Virus record (IMG/VR): IMGVR_UViG_3300028891_000010
Coordinates: 1 to 63,046 of that record
Length of the DNA: 63,046 nucleotides
Strand: one strand, 5' to 3'
Source of the DNA: a virus
Taxonomy: Duplodnaviria > Caudoviricetes
In this document: in pieces, positions 57,559 through 63,046 of the stretch
Numbering within the stretch: position 1 is the first letter of the stretch
Layout of the letters: the number at the start of each line of letters is the position of its first letter
Program-made: the position numbers and the translations under genes
The notes under the pieces: model-generated
Seen by the model: only the letters and a program-made list of their open reading frames with translations
The model's database searches: none
Told to the model about the DNA's origin: nothing

Positions 57559-58813
57559 TTAAATTCCTCCCATTATTGAAAACTTTAAAAAGTGCACTCA
57601 AGATGGAATTAAATCTCACTGTATGTAGGCAGTTTTGATTATTAGTTTTAATACATTCTGCTTTATTAGCATCTATCGCCTCATTGCAACAATAGCAAGA
57701 TACTTTAGGTATTAATGAAACTACATTATCATACGCTCTCCATTTATGGTAAATAGTAGATGGTAAAAATACTGTAGGCTTATTAAAAGCAGCTGCTATA
57801 TGTAAAGTAGATGTGTCTACTGTTAGTACTAAATCCGAACTGTATGCTACTGAAAAAAATGTTCTAATATCTAATTGACCTGTTAAATTTAGGCAATTAT
57901 TATAGGCCTTTCGATTGTATCCAGTAATTACTACGTTAAAACTTTTAGACAAATAATCAATCAAAGGTTGTTGCATTCTATCAGGATAGCTTCTTCTCAC
58001 ATCAAAAGATTCAAAAGTAATAAGCAGCTTAGGACTTTTAACACCTTTTAAAAGAGTTTCACCTTTTTTTATTTCATCTTCTGTAAGTATAATTTCTGGT
58101 TTACTTATCACTAGTTCGTCGTTTTTTAATCCACACATATTAGCAGTAGCATAAATACGGTGTTGCCTGCAGACTAAATTACTATAATTAGATAATTTAA
58201 AACTTATATCATAAAAACGCTTGTAAAATAACAGACTAAATTCCTTGGGATTGGTATATATACGATTTATATAAGGTAGATTTTGCAAAACTACTTCTCT
58301 TCCAGGCCATACTAAAAAGTCTACAGTGTAACCTTTAGAGTAATAAGTTTTAGCTGTGGGAGTGCACATCAGTAGATCTCCTATACCATCGTAAGTTTTA
58401 ATTAGAATAGCCTTACTAATTAGTTTTTTAAGAGCAATTATTCTTTCCAGATCTTTTAGTTTGTATATCTTTAATCCTGTGAATTGACTAAATGCATTCG
58501 CTAATACTTTACCTTTCTCTCCTACTCCATAAACTGCTTTAAATATAAACGGATCCATAAAAAGAGTATGTATATACCAGTGAGAATTAACATGAATTAT
58601 AGCAAGTTTTTTATCTGAAATAGGTTCTCTGGTATCTAAGGTAACTATTACTACTGAGATATTATTATTTAGTATATTTTTAACTTTAGACACTAAGTCT
58701 TCATATAGTAGATCTGCAAAAATTAAGACTACTGCGTCTCCATCTATACTAAAACATCTATCTCTAAATGGCTGATTAATTTTAACCTTTTTTGTTATTA
58801 GCTCTACTTTCAT
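57548..58813 (-). CDS. glycosyltransferase family 9 (second paralogue)
   Basis: GIGDLLMCTP, RQHRIY, RSYP, LTVDTSTLHIAAAFNKPTV. Confidence 0.85.
   Translation of the reverse strand: MKVELITKKVKINQPFRDRCFSIDGDAVVLIFADLLYEDLVSKVKNILNNNISVVIVTLDTREPISDKKLAIIHVNSHWYIHTLFMDPFIFKAVYGVGEKGKVLANAFSQFTGLKIYKLKDLERIIALKKLISKAILIKTYDGIGDLLMCTPTAKTYYSKGYTVDFLVWPGREVVLQNLPYINRIYTNPKEFSLLFYKRFYDISFKLSNYSNLVCRQHRIYATANMCGLKNDELVISKPEIILTEDEIKKGETLLKGVKSPKLLITFESFDVRRSYPDRMQQPLIDYLSKSFNVVITGYNRKAYNNCLNLTGQLDIRTFFSVAYSSDLVLTVDTSTLHIAAAFNKPTVFLPSTIYHKWRAYDNVVSLIPKVSCYCCNEAIDANKAECIKTNNQNCLHTVRFNSILSALFKVFNNGRNLNGR
57574..57583 (-). promoter_or_regulatory. late-gene motif GTTTTCAATA
   Basis: Upstream of the SD of the gene starting at 57558. 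Confidence 0.65.
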
Positions 58814-59186
58814 ATTTACCTAGCTCATAATTCCATTTAGATATTCTATCTGCTAGGTCTATTATCATCTCTTCATTTAGATATCTATAAGGTGGAAAAC
58901 ATCTATCATCTATTAACAAATCATACTTAGGCTTATCCATAACTAATGCATCATATGGAATTTTATAATCCTCCAACCACTGCTCTGTAGCATGCCTAGC
59001 TACTGGATGTCTATGGGTGAATATTACTATTTTACATCCTTTCTCTTTAAGTCTTTTAACTAATTCTACCATGTATTTCTTAGGTTTTCTATCATAGCAT
59101 TCACCTACGTTCTTAGAAGAAGATACAGGTTCACATAGAGTGTTATCTAAATCAATTGCTATTATTGGAAGATTTATTTCTTCCAT
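58782..59186 (-). CDS. HAD-family phosphatase
   Basis: IAIDLDNTLC, IFTHR, KPKYDLLIDDR. Confidence 0.8.
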   Translation of the reverse strand: MEEINLPIIAIDLDNTLCEPVSSSKNVGECYDRKPKKYMVELVKRLKEKGCKIVIFTHRHPVARHATEQWLEDYKIPYDALVMDKPKYDLLIDDRCFPPYRYLNEEMIIDLADRISKWNYELGKYESRANNKKG

Positions 59187-59623
59187 GCTTTGTCAGGTTT
59201 AATAAATTTAATATTCCAGATCCAGTCCTCTTTCAACACCTTCTCTATAAAGTATCTACAGCACCTAATTACATCTTCTTCAGTTATAGGTGCAAATTTT
59301 TTTAGTGTGAATATTCTATCAAAGTAAAAAGGAGTAATACTTGCTGACTCTACATCGAAATATTCATAAAATCCTGTGTCTTTCATATAAAAGCTATATC
59401 TAGCTTCAAAAGTTTTGAATGCTCTTAAAGTTATTATTTCAAATAAGTATTGATAGTTCTTTTCGTCCTCTTTATCGATTGCTACTATACCTAAGAAATG
59501 ACGTTTATTCTTTTTCCATTCCCAGGAAGTAATATAAAGCATCTGATCGTTCTTATCATAGAGCTTACAAAGAGATTTTTTCAAGTCCCTAAGTGCTTTC
59601 TTGGTCTTCTTTCTTACTATCAT
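59174..59623 (-). CDS. hypothetical protein
   Basis: SD AAAGGAGG places the start at 59623. Confidence 0.55.
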   Translation of the reverse strand: MIVRKKTKKALRDLKKSLCKLYDKNDQMLYITSWEWKKNKRHFLGIVAIDKEDEKNYQYLFEIITLRAFKTFEARYSFYMKDTGFYEYFDVESASITPFYFDRIFTLKKFAPITEEDVIRCCRYFIEKVLKEDWIWNIKFIKPDKAWKK

Positions 59624-59942
59624 CTTGATTTGCCTCCTTTTGAGCAGGTTGTTCGTTAGTAGTTTCGGTTTTCTCGTTTGGCGAAGACGGCACTTTATTA
59701 GGGTCATAGTAACCTGGTGGAGTCTGAGGTTTTACTAGTTTACCCGATAGTTCTTTAGAATAGTCTTTACTAACTTGTTCTTTAAGTTGTTCTAATAAAG
59801 AGACTACTTCCATTAGATAGTAAGAAGCTTTTACTATTAATTTTCGATGCTCTCTATAAGGTGAATAAAGTCTCCATAATATTCTCATTAAATGATCAGC
59901 TTTCTTCAGTTGTGTCTCTATACGTCTCGGTGTTAGATACAT
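59589..59942 (-). CDS. hypothetical protein
   Basis: 117 aa; SD GGAGGT. Confidence 0.55.
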   Translation of the reverse strand: MYLTPRRIETQLKKADHLMRILWRLYSPYREHRKLIVKASYYLMEVVSLLEQLKEQVSKDYSKELSGKLVKPQTPPGYYDPNKVPSSPNEKTETTNEQPAQKEANQDDSKKEDQEST

Positions 59943-61542
59943 CTTCTACCTCCTTCAAACTTATCTTTTCCTGTTCTTCATTTATATTAACGCCTTTTAG
60001 TTTAGCAAATTTCTCTGTTAATTGGCCCCAAAAAGATATAGCGTTAAAATAAAATCTAACTTTTCTTGTTAAAGGTGATTCATGTATTATATGTCTAGCT
60101 ATTTTACCATTTCTTAACCAATAGCCTCCTGTATTGGTGATAATTATAGTAGTTACTGCGTCAAATGAATTGACTCCTAATTGATACAAAGTAACTATTC
60201 TTTCTGGATTACCTACTCCAAATCCATGAACAAACTGTATTTTATTCTTTATCTCTTGAAATTCTTTGCTTTTAGTTACATAAGATATCCATTCTACTTG
60301 GTTTTTTAAAGATGTAGTAGCTATACCTCCAAATGCTAATGCTATGTTGTCCTGTTCAAATATCTTTAAATCTATGTATCTTTTTAAACACTCTAGATAT
60401 TCCTCTTTGTTGTTGCCTTGTAATACGAATACTTTAGTAGTTTTAAATGAGGGCTTCCAGTCTCTGAATTTAATAGCATTTTTAATAGTCATGTCTACAG
60501 CCTCTTGAGGTGTGATTTTCCAGTGCTCAAATAAGAATGGAAAGGTAGGTATGTCTAAAGAAGTGCATATTTCTGGTTTAATATTCTCATAAAACGCTAT
60601 TAACTCATCTATTTTAGAAAAGAAATCCCACTGTTTATGCTTCATGCAAGTAAACGCTCCACAATCTAGAAATAATCCATCTAACTTATCTCTATTTAAC
60701 AGGACGTTAGAGAACTGCTTTGCTATACCTCTATCGTGCATAATTGTAAATGCACTATATAGTAAACGTTTACTTGGTAAATATTCTATATCTCTAGCGT
60801 CAAATCCGTAGTCTCCTATAAAGTGAAATCTTAAGTCGCTTGGTACTATCTGCTCTTTTATATCAAATCTACCCGCTTTTCCTTTACGTTTTAATACATC
60901 CTCCACACTTATTCCTAGTCTTTCAGCTATTTCATAGGCATTGCATATTCTATTTACATAGTGTTTAACATTGGTCCTCTTTATTTCTTCTCTTTCCAAC
61001 TTCCGCAGCAAATTAAGTTTTTCCATCTTATTAGGTAATTTCTTAATCCACACGAATGCCGCTAGTGTTAATACTCCCTTATTAACGTACTCTTGTATTT
61101 CTTCTGGTTCCTCCAATATAGACATAATATTACTTATATTAGATACTGATTTACCTGTGACCTTGGATAAGTCCTCTAGTTTGTAATTAAATTGTTCTTT
61201 TAGATACTTATAGCCCCTAGCTTCCTCCAGTAGAGTTAGATCCTCTCGCTGTATGTTCTCTAATAGAGTTAACTCGTATGCCGTCTTATCATCACACTCT
61301 ATTACCCTTGCTTTTATATTGTCCCTTTTTAGTATCTGGTGTGCTCTATATCTTCTCTCCCCTGCTATTATAGTATAATTATTTTCCCCTATTTTCCTAA
61401 CTACTATAGGTTGTAGTAATCCATTTAATTTTATATTTTCGGCTAATTCTCTTAATTTAGTCTTATCAAAATTAATTCTTGGTTGGTAGGGGTTTCTATG
61501 AATTTGATTTAAGGGAAGGTTAAATACTCCTAAATCTTTCAT
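59896..61542 (-). CDS. ParB/Spo0J domain fused to TGT/DpdA-like domain
   Basis: NPYQPR..GLLQPIVV..IIAGERRYRA..ENIQREDL plus HTH; then FLDCGAF, SLDIP, VLQG, AFGG, VHGFG, NSFD. Confidence 0.85.
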   Translation of the reverse strand: MKDLGVFNLPLNQIHRNPYQPRINFDKTKLRELAENIKLNGLLQPIVVRKIGENNYTIIAGERRYRAHQILKRDNIKARVIECDDKTAYELTLLENIQREDLTLLEEARGYKYLKEQFNYKLEDLSKVTGKSVSNISNIMSILEEPEEIQEYVNKGVLTLAAFVWIKKLPNKMEKLNLLRKLEREEIKRTNVKHYVNRICNAYEIAERLGISVEDVLKRKGKAGRFDIKEQIVPSDLRFHFIGDYGFDARDIEYLPSKRLLYSAFTIMHDRGIAKQFSNVLLNRDKLDGLFLDCGAFTCMKHKQWDFFSKIDELIAFYENIKPEICTSLDIPTFPFLFEHWKITPQEAVDMTIKNAIKFRDWKPSFKTTKVFVLQGNNKEEYLECLKRYIDLKIFEQDNIALAFGGIATTSLKNQVEWISYVTKSKEFQEIKNKIQFVHGFGVGNPERIVTLYQLGVNSFDAVTTIIITNTGGYWLRNGKIARHIIHESPLTRKVRFYFNAISFWGQLTEKFAKLKGVNINEEQEKISLKEVEDVSNTETYRDTTEES

Positions 61543-61560
61543 AACTTCCTCTACTTCTTA

Positions 61561-61570
61561 TATTGAAAAC
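61561..61570 (-). promoter_or_regulatory. late-gene motif GTTTTCAATA at the head of the minus-strand arm
   Basis: Upstream of the ParB-TGT gene. Confidence 0.7.
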
Positions 61571-61837
61571 GCTATTTTTTATAGAAATTTTACAAAAATA
61601 TATAAATTTTTTATTACTTCTTTATGTATAATAAAATACAAATATCTGTATAAAAATATACAATTATGTTAACCAATATTAAGTAAGTTAACATGAGTTT
61701 ATTTTTATTCATTATTGTATATTAATAATATACGTAAATTTAATAAATTGAACTGGTATAATTAACGCTGGTGAATAATACGATATTTTAAAGAAAATTC
61801 AAACCGCTTTCATTCTTCTTTTTTTTCTGAAACAATC

Positions 61838-61866
61838 TTGATTTTCTCTTTGAAATATGGTATAAT
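61838..61866 (+). promoter_or_regulatory. sigma70-type promoter
   Basis: TTGATT-17 nt-TATAAT. Confidence 0.65.
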
Positions 61867-61962
61867 ATAAGTTTGTTTATATTAAATGTTTTCTTCTTTA
61901 TATCCTTGAAAAGAAGTAATTATTTTTATATTTTTATACACAAAAATTTTTAGTGATTAATC

Positions 61963-61991
61963 TTGATTTTTTTGATAATATATGTTATATT
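61963..61991 (+). promoter_or_regulatory. sigma70-type promoter with extended -10
   Basis: TTGATT-17 nt-TATATT with TG; ATG at 62001 would be nearly leaderless. Confidence 0.55.
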
Positions 61992-62000
61992 ATAATCGCA

Positions 62001-62153
62001 ATGGAAAAAGAAAAGAAAATTAGAGAATTAGCAAAAAAAACATTAGAGTTATTAGAAGAATTAGAAAAGTATATTAAATTAGATTGTTATGGAATAGAAT
62101 TACAGGACGAATTATATTTATTATTAGAATACGGAAGAAAATATTATGAATAA
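62001..62153 (+). CDS. hypothetical early protein
   Basis: MEKEKKIRELAKK; start placed after the promoter. Confidence 0.5.
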   Translation: MEKEKKIRELAKKTLELLEELEKYIKLDCYGIELQDELYLLLEYGRKYYE

Positions 62154-62676
62154 AAAGAAAATCAAGAGAACGAAGATTGAGAATATTAAAATAGTATATT
62201 GTAAAAATATTGATTTGATAACAAAGCACTATAAGAAAAAATGGAATAGTAATTGTTGCAAAATAGTAGGATACTGCAATCATCAGACCAATACTATTAT
62301 TACATCTGATACAAAGACAATACTACACGAATTATTTCATATTATACAAGGTCAAGTTATACATCATTTTGAAACTATTTATCCTTGCATATATATGAGA
62401 TTTATAATAGAAGAAAGAGAAAAACTAAAAATGGTATATAAGAAAGACAAAAGATATTTAAACTATAGATTAAGAGAAAATGAAATATTAGCATATTACA
62501 CAGAAAATACTTTTGATGTTTTAGTTGATATTAAACAGTTTACTGCCAACTTGAGAAAATTAAAAAGATTGTATTCTATGAATACTTTCAAAGGCTTATT
62601 ATTAAGGATATTAGCAAGATATAAATATTTCACTAAATTATATGAAATTTTAAAGGAGTTAAATAGAGATGTTTAG
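62146..62676 (+). CDS. HExxH metallopeptidase-like protein
   Basis: GYC..NTIII..TILHELFHIIQ..ENEILAY. Confidence 0.6.
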   Translation: MNKKKIKRTKIENIKIVYCKNIDLITKHYKKKWNSNCCKIVGYCNHQTNTIITSDTKTILHELFHIIQGQVIHHFETIYPCIYMRFIIEEREKLKMVYKKDKRYLNYRLRENEILAYYTENTFDVLVDIKQFTANLRKLKRLYSMNTFKGLLLRILARYKYFTKLYEILKELNRDV

Positions 62677-62742
62677 TTCAGGAGATAGAATATTGTTTAT
62701 TTTAAGAATGAGTTTTAGTTTGGGGTATATTATATTTTTAAT

Positions 62743-62934
62743 ATGGCTTTTAATAATGGTATTGTAGATTTTATGAATAAAAAGAAAATAGCAATTAAGA
62801 TAATGCCAAGTAAAATAAGAGGCTATAGTTTTGAATATCATTTTATAAGCAAAAGAGAATATATTGAGTATAACTTAAGAAGATATTTACGGATAATTGA
62901 ATATTTAAGAAAAAGAGGTCTAATATGCTTATAA
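62743..62934 (+). CDS. hypothetical protein
   Basis: Short ORF; start uncertain. Confidence 0.4.
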   Translation: MAFNNGIVDFMNKKKIAIKIMPSKIRGYSFEYHFISKREYIEYNLRRYLRIIEYLRKRGLICL

Positions 62935-62965
62935 TTGGTCTAATTTTGATTATATTGAGCTTAAC

Positions 62966-63046
62966 CTGTCTCTTATACACATCTGACGCTGCCGACGAAG
63001 GCTTAGGTGTAGATCTCGGTGGTCGCCGTATCATTAAAAAAAAAAA
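62966..63046 (+). other. Illumina Nextera adapter read-through (artefact)
   Basis: CTGTCTCTTATACACATCT GACGCTGCCGACGA, index AGGCTTAG, GTGTAGATCTCGGTGGTCGCCGTATCATT, poly-A. Confidence 0.99.

Noticed and set aside
59896-61542. ParB as evidence of a plasmid-prophage partition system
   Set aside because: No ParA, integrase or repressor recognised; the ParB is fused to a TGT-like domain.
62843-63034. ORF MIRRPPRSTPKPSSAASDVYKRQ
   Set aside because: It is the translation of the Illumina adapter.
1-63046. tRNA genes, CRISPR arrays, diversity-generating retroelement, alternative genetic code
   Set aside because: No cloverleaf, repeat-spacer array or reverse transcriptase seen by eye; genes pack tightly under the standard code and use all three stops.
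1-63046. Archaeal host
   Set aside because: bL27, RecA, sigma-like proteins and sigma70 promoters are bacterial features; the host lineage cannot be determined from the sequence alone.

Overview
This is a near-complete, very AT-rich genome of a tailed dsDNA bacteriophage. It looks like a siphovirus: HK97-fold capsid, tail tube and a 752-aa tape measure, with no sheath gene. Shine-Dalgarno sites and sigma70-type promoters point to a bacterial host. The + arm (1-28.7 kb) carries replication and recombination genes (primase-helicase, UDG-PolA fusion, RuvC, RecA, SbcCD) and a 7-deazaguanine/nucleotide-metabolism set (PRTase, FolE2, QueD, a QueD paralogue, a TGT/DpdA-like protein, NDT-like and DUF5664-like proteins, dUTPase, DeoC). 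It continues with small accessory genes including a ribosomal protein bL27 homologue, an apparently split sigma factor, terminase and portal. The - arm (28.7-61.5 kb) carries tail, head-tail, glycosyltransferase, capsid and protease genes, fibre genes and a ParB-TGT/DpdA fusion. It also encodes a 1495-aa multidomain protein (MBL hydrolase, NTase-like, DNA ligase, AAA+) that contains a copy of the capsid N-terminal peptide, next to an intein-bearing LigD-phosphoesterase-like gene. A GTTTTCAAT motif precedes seven late genes, and a G10 tract interrupts a LamG gene. The last 81 nt are Illumina Nextera adapter. All product calls come from motifs recognised by eye; no searches were run.
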